Shown: piece after piece, positions 13,168-24,420 of the stretch
How the letters are laid out: each line of letters starts with the position of its first letter
Position numbering within the stretch: the first letter of the stretch is position 1
The notes under the pieces: model-generated
The model's input: the letters and a program-made list of their open reading frames with translations, nothing else
Database searches by the model: none
Told to the model about the DNA's origin: nothing
Position numbers and translations under genes: made by a program
NCBI RefSeq assembly: GCF_036321535.1
Contig: NC_087437.1
Span: 43,464,001-43,528,000, forward strand
DNA length: 64,000 nucleotides
Source of the DNA: Camelus dromedarius
Lineage: Eukaryota
Direction: 5' to 3'

Positions 13168-13871
13168 TGCATCCACACCATGCCATCACACAAAATACTC
13201 TTTACTAATAAGCACAAATAAGGAAATAGGAAGCAAAACTATTTAGATATCAGCTAAGGTTGATAGTTAAGGATGAACTTGATTTTGTAGTGTGTTAATT
13301 TATGATAAGTAATATTTTCAAAGCCAAAAATGTCACTAATGCTATTTTGCATGTTTTAGCACTTTTGTTTTCTCTGAAGTAAACTCATGAAAAGAGTAAA
13401 TAAATAGCCATAGTGGAAGGCAAAGGTAGTGGTTTTGAGCATATTAATTGGGTGGTAATTTCAACAATAAAAAATACAATTGACAATGTGGTGAAACATT
13501 ATTAAAGAACGGTGCTATGAGAACTGGGAGTTTAATAGGTTGAGAGAGAAACTGTTGGTGCAAAAAGTAAGGGCAGAGATGATGCCTGATATTAATGCCT
13601 CCAGTAATAATAAAAATATATTGAATGTATTTTATGACACAAATATATTTGCAAATATGGAAAATTATGTTTCTTATTCAGAGAATGTTATGAGGCATGA
13701 AACCTCCTGAAGACTATTAATTACAATAAGGTAGGAAAGAGAGAATGTGGCAGTTGGTGTGAGTCTGGAGAATATAGTTCTCATCAGGTTTTAACTTTCA
13801 TTTGATTTCTACGATCAAGTCATGGAGCTTTACTACCTCATTGAATTGTTAGGTTTTGGTCAAAACTGAAT

Positions 13872-13979
13872 ATTTTTTTTAATTCTTATTTTTTATTGAA
13901 GGGTAGTCCACTTACAAGGTTAGTTTCAGGTATATAGCAAAGCGATTCAGTTATGCATATACATACATACATATTTTCA
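13872..13979 (-). mobile_element. Short L1 3' tail insertion with TSD
   Basis: L1 3' UTR terminus flanked by 'aaaactgaat' at 13862-13871 and 13980-13989. Confidence 0.85.
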
Positions 13980-16029
13980 AAAACTGAATTCTTTTTTGAT
14001 CTAATTCCTAGTTGTTCTATGTATGGCCAATGGGAACATCTTATTCATTGTACCAAGCTGATTCACTGAGGGTCAGGCATTATCTCTCTCACTTGGTTCT
14101 CAACTCATTCACCAAATGGACAAGAAATTTAACTCTATCCTTTGCCCTTGTGATATGGGATGTGGACTCCACGTGAAACACCTTTCCATAGAAAGATTCT
14201 CAGCAATAAGCCACTTCTGTAACATTCTAAGGATGGTCTTTTCATCACATAAGCACATAATAAAGATGAAGTTTAATGCCAACTTCTATCATCTTTCTTG
14301 TACAAGTACTGCTCAGAATGCTCCTGCATCTTATGGAATATTCCCTCTAAGTTTGCTCATTGAGTCCATTGCTGATTTATTTAAGGAAACCCCTTTCTTA
14401 ACACAAAAACAAAAACAAAAAACCCAAGAAACCAAAAACAGCGACTACAAAAAGTTAAAGTCTTTTGCTTTGGGGAAAAAAAAAATGTATGTGTTTAGAG
14501 CTGTCCTAAATCTCTTCTGTTTTGTTTCCTGAGTGTCCATGTGACCTTTCATAACCTCGACACATTCTTAAAGTGGTCTTTCTTTCTCCTTTTTGTAGAA
14601 ATCTTGAAGAACTAAGGAAACATACTCCATCCCCTGACCCCTTTCCTTCTAAACCCACAGTAGCCAGTGATGCTTGATTATTTTGTGTTTTGAAATGTTT
14701 AGTTATTTGATGTACATAACTCTTGAGGGAAAGAACATGTGACATTTTCCGTTTATATGCTCCACACAACCTATCATAAACTTGAGCATCAAAAATTGCT
14801 CATTGAATGTAAACATAATTCACTTAATGGGCTCTAGTTTCACTTGAAGTTGTTTCACGTAGCATGAGACTCCTCGGTCATTAGAGAACAAGAGAGGCTC
14901 CCTTAGAAGCCAGTCATTTACGAAGGAGGTGCCCAGTCTCCAATGTCAGTTCGTACTTTTACCTTCAGATCCAGAAGACAATTTTTTTACCCCCCAAAAG
15001 GTTATCTTTCGGGAAAGGCTGTCCAAGATCCCTCAGCTAATTTTTATATTTCCAAAGCCTTTTCATTGGCTCCAAGTGATTTTTTTTTTCTTCCCCTTGA
15101 GAATGAAGCATTCAAAGACATCAGGTAAGAAAGATAAGACTCGGTAAGTTAGTGATGCTATTGGTGCTTACTCCTTGCGAAGGACAAAATAAACATACCT
15201 GAAAATGAAAACAGCAATAGGATGAGTTCCAGGACCAACACACACAGTCGGGGGTTCCGGCAGTGAGGGCGCGGTGTGTTTGGGATTGTTTGTGTTCATG
15301 ATGCCTTTGTAGGGCTGTGACTGCCTGTGCTTAGGGAGATAAGGAATATTGAGAGGAAACAGTTTTCCGCGTAAGAATGTGAGGAACTAAAGTAAAATAG
15401 GCAGGACCTTCATGTTGCAGCAACGGTCTCTGAAAGGTTTGTTAAAGTTGAGCTGCTGATAAGCCCAGAATAGAAATAAGGCCAATCCTTCGGTGTTCCG
15501 ACCACTCTCCTGAAAATGATCTTTCTGAGGTCAATATTCACAGTTCTTACAAGTCTAAGGCATTTTTCTCTGTCCTCATTCTCCTTGACTTTCCGTAGCA
15601 GTTGACTCGGGCTCCCCACTATTTGTTATAGTCTCTAATCTGACACCCTGCCTGCTGCATTCTTCTGTCCTCTTTCTTTTTGTCTGCTCTTGTCTTCCCA
15701 GAGAAAATGTGCAGGGGGCTAAAAGAGGCTAAATGTCCACCATGGATCTACTTCTGATTAGCTCTGTGTGTTGTGAAGGGAGATGGGGGGTCAGGGGATT
15801 CTGTTACTAGGAGGTCAAGGACACCCTTCAGAAGAAACTCTGCACAAGTGACTGACTGCCAGCTATGCAGGGGAGGGATGAGGACAGAAAGTTAGGGGAA
15901 TCTGAGGGGTTCTAGCCTCCTCTGAAAGGAGCTTCCTGTGACCCTGAGGGGAGGCTTGGTGAAGCAAAGGATGAAAGAACCAGCCCTCATTGTAGGTTGA
16001 CTTTGTGCTGGGCAACACATTCATTCATT

Positions 16030-16150
16030 ATAAAAGGAGAAGTTGATAAATTACATCAAACTTTAAAACGTCTGTTCATGGAAGGACACCATTGAGAAAA
16101 TGACTAGGTAATCCACAGAGTGGCAAAAAGTCTTTGCAGAACATATACCC
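16030..16150 (+). mobile_element. L1M ORF2 fragment
   Basis: 'ttacatcaaactttaaaacgtctgttcatggaaggacaccattgagaaaatga...ccacagagtgg'. Confidence 0.7.
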
Positions 16151-16245
16151 GAGGTGTCATTGTCTCATTTTAGCTCAGAAAAATCCTTCAGGAAGGGATG
16201 ATAATTACCCCTTTCCAGAAGATGAAAAACATCAGAAAATTTTAA

Positions 16246-17715
16246 TTTTTTCAATAACTTTTATGAACATTTTCAAACATCAATGAAGTTGAGGGAATTT
16301 TACAGTAAACATGTGTATATCATGTAAATTCAGTCAATAACATTTTTATTCTTATTTTACTACATATTTATCCATCTGTTTATCCCCTATTGATGGATAT
16401 GTCAGTACATCTTATTTTTCGATATAATTCAAAGTAAATTGCAGACATCAGTATATTTCTCCCCAAATACTTCAGCATGCATATATTAACTGGAGTTCAA
16501 TATTTGCCTAGCGTCTTTTTTTTATTTTGTTATGAACACACACACAAATGCATACCTCTTAAGTGTTTTTTTTAACAAAGTTTTGACAAATGCGTGCAGA
16601 CCTGTGTAACAAAACTGTGATCAAGGTACAGAACACCAGTACCACCAGCAGGCTCCATCCCAGTCATCCCCACTTGTCCTCCAAAAGGCAACACTGTTCT
16701 GATATTTTTTCACAATAGTTTAATTTTGCAATTTTGCTTGTTTAAAAGTTCTTATAAATGCAACCAAAGAGTATGCACTTTTTCCTGTAAGGCTTCTACT
16801 CAGCCTATTTTGGTAACTATCCAAGTCATAGGTATATTAGTATTTTTTCCTTTTCATTGCTGAATAGTATTTCATCTTGTTATTAATATACCACTGTCTG
16901 TTTATTCACTCTTTTATTAATGGACTCCGAGGCTGTTTGCAGCTTGAAGATATTACGAATAAAGCTTCCATGAGCATTATTGTACACATCTTTTTATGAG
17001 TATCTATTCTTACCTTTCTTGTGTAAATTCCTAGGAATGGAATTGCTGTGAGATGTTTCTCCAAGTGACTGTGCCATTTTGTATATAAACAACATGTGTC
17101 AGTTGCATTTGCTCCATGTTGTTACCAACATTGGTGTGGTCAGACTTTCATATTCTCCAGTCTGATAGGGTTTGTGGCATCTCATTGTGGTTTTAATTTT
17201 TATTTCCTGGAGACCAGTGGTTTTTACTTTTTATGTGCTAATTGGCCATTTTTCATCTTTTTAATGAAATATTCAAATATTTTGCCTATTTAAAAACTGG
17301 ATTATTGGACTTTTATTATTAAAATTATTTATGTCCTTGATACTTATTCTTTATCAGATATATGTTTCACAGGTATTTTCTCCCACTCTGTGACTTGCCT
17401 AGTCATTTTCTTAATGGTGTCTTTTGATGAGCAGAAATTTTAAATTTTGATGTATTTTATCAATTTTTTAATACTTACTGTTTTCTAACATCTAAGAAAA
17501 TTTTGTCTAGCTGCAAGACATGCACGTACTATCCTGTATTTTTCTTTAAAAGTGTTAGTGTTTAAGATGTTACCATTGGGCAAATGTTCAAATTAATTTT
17601 TGTATATGGTATGAGGTAGTTGTTGAAGTTTATTTTTTTCCATGTGGGTATCTAACTTTCTAGTACCCTTTGCTAAAGAGACTTTTCTTTCTCTGTTGTA
17701 TTGCTTTGGTTCTTC
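16246..17715 (-). mobile_element. Old L1 (L1MD/L1ME-like) 3' region inserted in a MIR
   Basis: L1 3' UTR and ORF2 motifs in reverse orientation; MIR halves at ~16155-16245 and ~17716-17800; degenerate TSD. Confidence 0.85.
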
Positions 17716-17879
17716 TCAGAGACTTTTAAATAAATTACTCAAGATTTCACAGCTTGCAGGCCAAGGAACAAAAGTCAAAAAAATCACATTTGACTGAAAA
17801 AAGCAAATTCACATTCTTCCTGAAACATATATGGCTAATGAAAATAATGCTAATAAAAATAGCCAAAAATTAATAATAA

Positions 17880-18090
17880 CTGTGCTGTTTCTTAGCATAG
17901 ATTATTTAATTTTTGAATCAACTCTATTAAAGAAACATTTTTATCATGCCCAGTTAGAAATAAGGAAACAAAATTATAGGGGTAGAATAATTTGTTAAAG
18001 TCACACAACGCCTAAGTGACAAAACCAAAACTTGACACAGGTCTATTTGAATCTCTAAACCGCATTCCTAACCAGTTGCTATATTGTCCC
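17880..18090 (-). mobile_element. MIR SINE
   Basis: 'aataaggaaaca...aataatttgttaaagtcacacaac...attcctaacca'. Confidence 0.6.
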
Positions 18091-19761
18091 GTAGTGAAGA
18101 TCAATGCACCAGTCATACATTTCCCCTTGTGAGAAAGTGACTTAACATTAACTAAGACTGCTTCCACTACCTAGAAAGCTTGCACAATACCTGGAGAAAA
18201 CTGAAATTTCAAACCAACATTTTTAAAAAATGGTATCCTGATGTCTTTAATGACACATCTTAACCCTTCATGTTTTACTTACATTGTTTAAATAAAGCTA
18301 CTGGAAATATAATTTAAAATAGTGTAACAGAGAGCACGTATGGAATGTTAAGCTTTAAAATTTTTTTTCCTTTGTTGAAACAAAACAAATTTTTTATCCT
18401 CTGAAATAATTTCTACAACAGGAATTCTGATCTCAAATCAGATTTTCTTAGTTTCAGAAAGTCTGAAAAAAGGCATTATGATTTAGAGTACCACTAGGGT
18501 AAAACATTTGTTTGGTCAAATAGTTTGGTCATTATAGTCTTAGTGTTTCAACAATGACCTAAAGAAAAAGGTGTTATCTCAATATATGTGAGATTTATTG
18601 CAAGCATATTACTAAGACCTGTACCTACTGTTTTGCAAAAGTATGTGAAAAATTGAGGCTCCATACTATATTTTCTTAAATATAATTTAGCAGTGACTTG
18701 AAATTGCTTTTATATATAAAAAGATGACAATAGTATTTCCTCAAATGGACTCAAACACAAGAGTTTCGTTCTTCAAATAATAATGGAAAATTGAACACTG
18801 GCGGAATAACATATTTACCCCGTTTTTGTTTACAGCAGGCACCGCTCGCTGCCTGTAATAGAAGCAAACGGACTTTTTTTTTTTTTTTTTAAACCGTTTC
18901 CCTTTGTTTGTTTGTGTGTGTGTTTATGCTTCCTGGAGCTCCACATTAGTGCAGGGAAATGGGGCTGTGCGGAATTTCTGGGCTCTACTAATGATTTTAC
19001 AGGCACGCTCTTCCCAGTGTGATACTTGTTGACTTTGGTTACCTCCTGTTTCTGTTTTGGAGCCCACATTGGTGGGTTCAACAAACACATGCTTTTCTGT
19101 GCTTAAATAGAATAAAGAAATCAATCGCAGTGTAGCCTTTTAAGTACCTGTTTCCAAAGGACTGTATCTTAGGAAATATAGATTTATTCCTCTATTCCTT
19201 AAGGGGGCTCCCTACATGCATGCTGCTTACTTTATAAAATTGAGGTGAGGACCAAACAAAATTGCTAAATAATTGTTTATTTGTGAAGTATCGGGGAGGT
19301 AGATTCCACTGTTAAACAAAAAATTGCTTTCTCATTTCTTAATTTTTATTTAGTGTTGGAATATCCATCCAACAAATTTTATAAGAGCTAATAATGTCTA
19401 TGAAAACTATATGGTATGCCTAAAACACTTTTAAAAAGATTTTAAAGAGTTAAAAAGAAAACTACTTTGAATGTAAAATTTAAATTGTTAAAGAAAGTTA
19501 CCAATGATGAATAGATGGGATTTCTAGAGTTTTAAACATTTCTATCTTCACATCCAAAGAAATGTTAAATAGAAATGTTAAAAAAATATAAAATAGATGT
19601 CATTAAATCAGCAATTGTATTTTTCTCTGCCTTTACTTACTATGTTTCTTATATTTAACTTATCATCAGTGCAAAACAAGCTTGCTATATTCTGAATATT
19701 CTGAATGCATTTGAATGTCGTTATGTTGCCCTCATTTTAAATACTGGCTGCATTATAAGTA

Positions 19762-22127
19762 CAGGTACACTTAATTTTGTTGTGCTTTACAGATATTGTA
19801 TCTTTTACAAATTGAAGGTTTGTGGCAACCCTGTGTTGAGCAAGTCTATTGGTGCCATTTTTCCAAGCATTTGCTTGTGTCCCCATGTCTTATGTTGGTA
19901 ATTTGGCAATATTTGGTAACATTTCAAACTTTTATATTATTATTATTATATTGGTTGTGGTGATCTGTGGTCAGCAATCTTTGCTTGGTGTTACTGCTGT
20001 AATTTTCTAAGGGTGCTACAAACCATGCCTGTACAAGACAGCAGACGATCGATAAATACTGTGTGTGATCTGACTGCTCCACTGACCAGCTGTTCCGCCA
20101 TCTCTCTCCCTCTCCTTGGGCCTCCCTAATCTCTGAGGCACAACAATATTTAAATTAGGCCACTTAATAACCCTAAAATGGCCTTAATGTGTTCAAGGGA
20201 AAGGAAGAGTGACAAATCTCTCACTTTAAATCAAAAGCTAGAAGTGATTAAGCTTAGTGAGGAAGGCATGTCAAAAGCTGAGACAAGAGAAGAACTAGGC
20301 TTCTTACACCAAAGAGTTAGCCAAGTTGTGAGTGCAAGGAGGAAGTTCTTGAAGGAAGTTTAAAGTGCTACTCCAGTGAGCACAAGAACGATAAGAAAGA
20401 GATGTAGCCATATTGCTGAAATGGAGAAAGCTGGACTGGTCTGGATAGAAGATCAAACCAGCCATAGCATTAAGCCAAAGCCTAATCTAGAGCAATACTT
20501 ACTCTCTTTAGTTCTATGAGGGCTGAGAGAGGTGAAGAAGCTGCAGAAGAAAAATCTGAAGCTAGCAGAGGTTGGTTCATGAGGTTTAAGGAAAGAAGCC
20601 GTCACCATAACATAAAAATGCAAAATGAAGCAGCAAGTACTGATGTAGCAGCTGCAGCAGATTATCCAGAAGATCTAGCTGAGATAATGCATGAAGATTT
20701 TTCAGTGTATATGAAAACAACCTTATATTGAAAGAAGATGCCATCTAGGATTTTCATAACTATAGAGGAGAAGTCAATGCCTGGCTTCAAATCTTCAAAG
20801 GATAGGCTGACACTCTCGTCAGGGGCTAATACAGCTGATGACTTTAAGTTGAAACCAGTGCTCATTACCATTCTGAAAATCCTAGGACCTTTGAGAATTA
20901 TGCTAAGTCTGAGGGGGGAGGATATAGCTCAAGTGGTAGTGAGCATGATTAGCATGCACGAGGTCCTGGGTTCAGTCCCCAGCACCTTCTCTAAAAAATG
21001 AACAAACCTAATTATCTCACCCACCACCACCAAAATAAATTAATTAAATAATAAATAAGTAAAATATTTTTTAAAAAGAATTATGCTCAATCTACCTGCC
21101 TGTGCTCTCTAAATGGAGCAACAAAGCCTGGATGACAGCACATCTGTTTATAATGTGGTTTCCTGAATATTTTAAGTCCACTATTAAGATCTCCTGTTCA
21201 GAAAAAAATGATTTACTTCAAAATATCACTGCTCATTGACAATGCATTTGGTCACCCAAGAGCTCTGATGATGATGTATAGTGAGATTAGTGTTGTTTTC
21301 ATGCCTGTTAATACATCATCCATTCTGTAGCCTGTGGATCAGAGAGTACTTTCAACTTTCAAGTCTTATTATTTAAGAGATACATTTCATAAGGCTGTTG
21401 CCTCCATACAGAGTGATTCCACTGATGGATCTGGGCAATTCAAAAACCTTCAGGAAAGGATTCACCATTCTAGATTCCATTAAGAATGACTCATGGGAAG
21501 AAGCAAAATAACAACATTAACAGGAGTTTGGAAGAAGTTGATTCCAACCCTCATGAGTGACTTTGAGGGGTCTAAGACTGCAGTGGAGAAAGTAACTGCA
21601 GATGTGGTGGAAATAGGAAGAAAACTAGAATTAGAAGGGAAGCCTGAAGCTGTGACTGAGTTGCTCCAGCCTCATAATAAAACTTGAAAGGATGAGGAGT
21701 TGCTTCTTATGAATAAGCAAAGAAAGTGGCTTTTGAGATGCAATCTACTTCTAATGGAGATGTGAAGACTATTGAAATGACAACAAAGGATTTAGAGTAT
21801 GATGTGAACTTAACTGATAAAGCAGCAGCAAGGTTTGAGAGGACTGACTCCACTTTTGAAAGAAGTTCTATTGTGAGTAAAATGCTATCAAACAGCGTTA
21901 CATGCTAAGAGAAATCATTAGCAAAAGGAAGGGTCAATCGATGCAGCACCTTTCATTGTTGTCTTATTTTAAGAAATTGCCACAGCCACCTCAGCTTTCA
22001 GCAATCACCACCTGATCAGTCAGCAGCCATCAACATCAAGGCAAGACCTTCCACCAGCAAAAAGATTACAACTTGCTGAAGGCTCAGATAATGGAATCGA
22101 ACCCACAGTCTCTATGAAGTATGCGTG
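19762..22127 (+). mobile_element. Tigger1 DNA transposon, near full length, transposase pseudogenised
   Basis: Starts TA|caggtacac, ends ...gaagtatgcgtg. ORF fragments ([59 protein letters not shown]) match Tigger1/TIGD1-type transposase, with many stops and frameshifts. Confidence 0.97.
20911..21076 (+). mobile_element. tRNA-derived SINE (camelid Vic-1-like)
   Basis: A box 'tagctcaagtgg', B box 'ggttcagtcc', A/T-rich tail; 17 bp TSD agaattatgctaagtct (20894-20910) and agaattatgctcaatct (21077-21093). Confidence 0.9.
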
Positions 22128-23959
22128 TGTATTTTTATAAAGTACAAGTTTTTCATTGCCCTTAAATTAGTGAGTAGACAAGATTCCATTAACAGAAATT
22201 TATTTTACAGTAAACCCCAAGATTACATATTTGTTCTGTCAAGTAAAGGATTACACTTTTAGCCATGGTCAGATAGACAATTCTATATATAAGTGAGATG
22301 GTGACTGAGAATTGAGATATGAGTTAAGATTTAGCAATTGATTGAGAATCATCCAAACCCATTTATTGAGTGGCTACCATATGCACATACTATTATATTT
22401 GCTTGAGAAGATTGCAAAAAAAATTTAAAGACAATTGCTGTCCTTGGGGATTTTACAATCTGATAGGATGGTTATGAAATGAATGAATCTTAAACACACT
22501 CATATACCTGCACACAAACACAGACACACAGGTACACATAGCAATATATATCAAGTCAATATAAAGAACAGCCAGACAAGACATGGTGTGCTATTGGGGG
22601 GTCTAGAGACCTTGTACCCAATTCTATCTCTATCACTGTTTCATTTGTGTAGTTAAGTATTTTTTTCTGTTTTATTCACAATAGTTAAAAAAATAGATAC
22701 AATTTACAAGTTATTTCTTTAAGAAAAGATAATTCATGAAATTTATGAAGGAAAAATTTTGGAAGAAAAAGTCATTTGAAACCAAGATGGACACTAGGAT
22801 TCAAATGTATGCTCTGAGGTCTTAAACATTTGCTATGAGTGGGAAAAAAATTGGAGTATGAGCTTCCTAGAAGACAATAAAAAGGAGATTTGGTCAAGTT
22901 TGTCATTTGAAAGGTCTAAATTAAGCAGTTGCACAGGAGAAACTCATTTATTCTCAGAACAGAGCAGGGAGAGAAATGTTTTCTGTCTGTCCTCAAGCAG
23001 AGAAGATTGTGGGAGAGCATCAACATCCTCGACACATCATTGCTATACGCACAACAAATTTCAGAGAGTTGTTTCTAAGGCGTCTCTTCAGATGGGCTGC
23101 TGGTTAAATACTAATTGGATCTGAAGATCAGTTGTGTTGCGTTGTTTTGGACTAGTCACTTGCCCTTTCTAAATCTTTAATTTTCTTTCATGCACAGTGA
23201 GAGAATTAAATTGACTGTATGACTTAGAGAATAAATTTCAGCTTAATATGCCAGAGAGCGATGAAGTCACTGGTGTCAATGATGGCAAAGGAGTGTTGGG
23301 GGAAGAGGTGTGAGTCTGGTCACATATATATTGATATCCTTGCAGAAACATTAAGGAAACAGTTGGAAGCAGGGCAACAGAGAGTGATCAGAGCTGGGAA
23401 AAAATAAAAAAGAAAGAAAGAAAGGTGTAGGTTATTGTCATGTGTCACAAATTAGAGCCAGGAGAAAAAGAATTTCTTCTGGAGGGGATATATAGGTAAG
23501 AAACAAGAACAAATCTATAAGGAAGGATGTGGTAATAAATCCATAAGGAATACCAGAATTAAGAGATGAAACAGGAGCCAACAAAAGTGACAGAGAAAAA
23601 CAGAGTTCAAGAATTTTAAAAGGATATAATGATAAATGATGTTTTTATGAACTGTAATGAAAAATAATTCTTGAAGAAAAGATATATTGATAAGTATGCT
23701 GTAATACAATTAATGGATTCAAATTAAATACATAGAAAATGCTTATTAGATAAGTAATTATAGGTGTAGGTACCACAGAAGGCTTTTAAAAATTACTAGG
23801 AAGAGAGTTACTGCTATAAAATGTTTTATAGTGTATAAAAAGTGATGAACTAAAAGAAAAAAAAGGAGAGAGAGAATAAGTTAGCTATCATACAGGCTGA
23901 GGGACAAGCACAAATTTCTGCACCTTTGAAAAAGATGGGTTACATCTGGCTAGCAGACA

Positions 23960-24420
23960 CAGAAGGAGCTTCATGGAAGTAGAAAAATTGAATATGATCC
24001 CCAAAGAACAAAAGGCAGGACTAGAGCATAGAAGGGGAGACAAGTGTTTTTGAGCATCAGAAACAACATGGGCAAAGACTTGGAAGTGGAAAAGTTTGAG
24101 ACTTTCGGGGAAGAGCTAATAACTATGCTGGTTATATAGAGTACTAGAGTACATATAAGGCAGTAGTTGATATATTTGAAAAGTTAGGTTGAGACACTCA
24201 AATGCTGGTGTGAGAAAAGTTCTATTTAATCTGTTGGACGATAGGAAGCTATTGAAGTTTTTGGCGCTAGTGAGTGGCAGGATCAGAGAATTCTGCAGGA
24301 CGACACATCTGGCAGTGACAGGCCGAAGCAGAACAGGATGAGAGCGGGGAGAGTGTGGGATGGGCGGTCTCGGGTGGAAGTCCAGTTACGGCAATAGTGT
24401 AGATCGCCTGACTGGGGGGA
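23960..24420 (-). mobile_element. L2 LINE fragment
   Basis: 'gaaacaacatgggcaaagacttggaag...ggaagctattgaagtttttgg...ggatcaga' is L2-like. Confidence 0.65.

Noticed and set aside
20913..20990. tRNA gene
   Set aside because: The tRNA-like head is followed by a SINE body, an A/T tail and TSDs, so it is a SINE.
20178..21908. Domesticated TIGD1-like gene
   Set aside because: The frame is broken by many stops, frameshifts and a SINE insertion.
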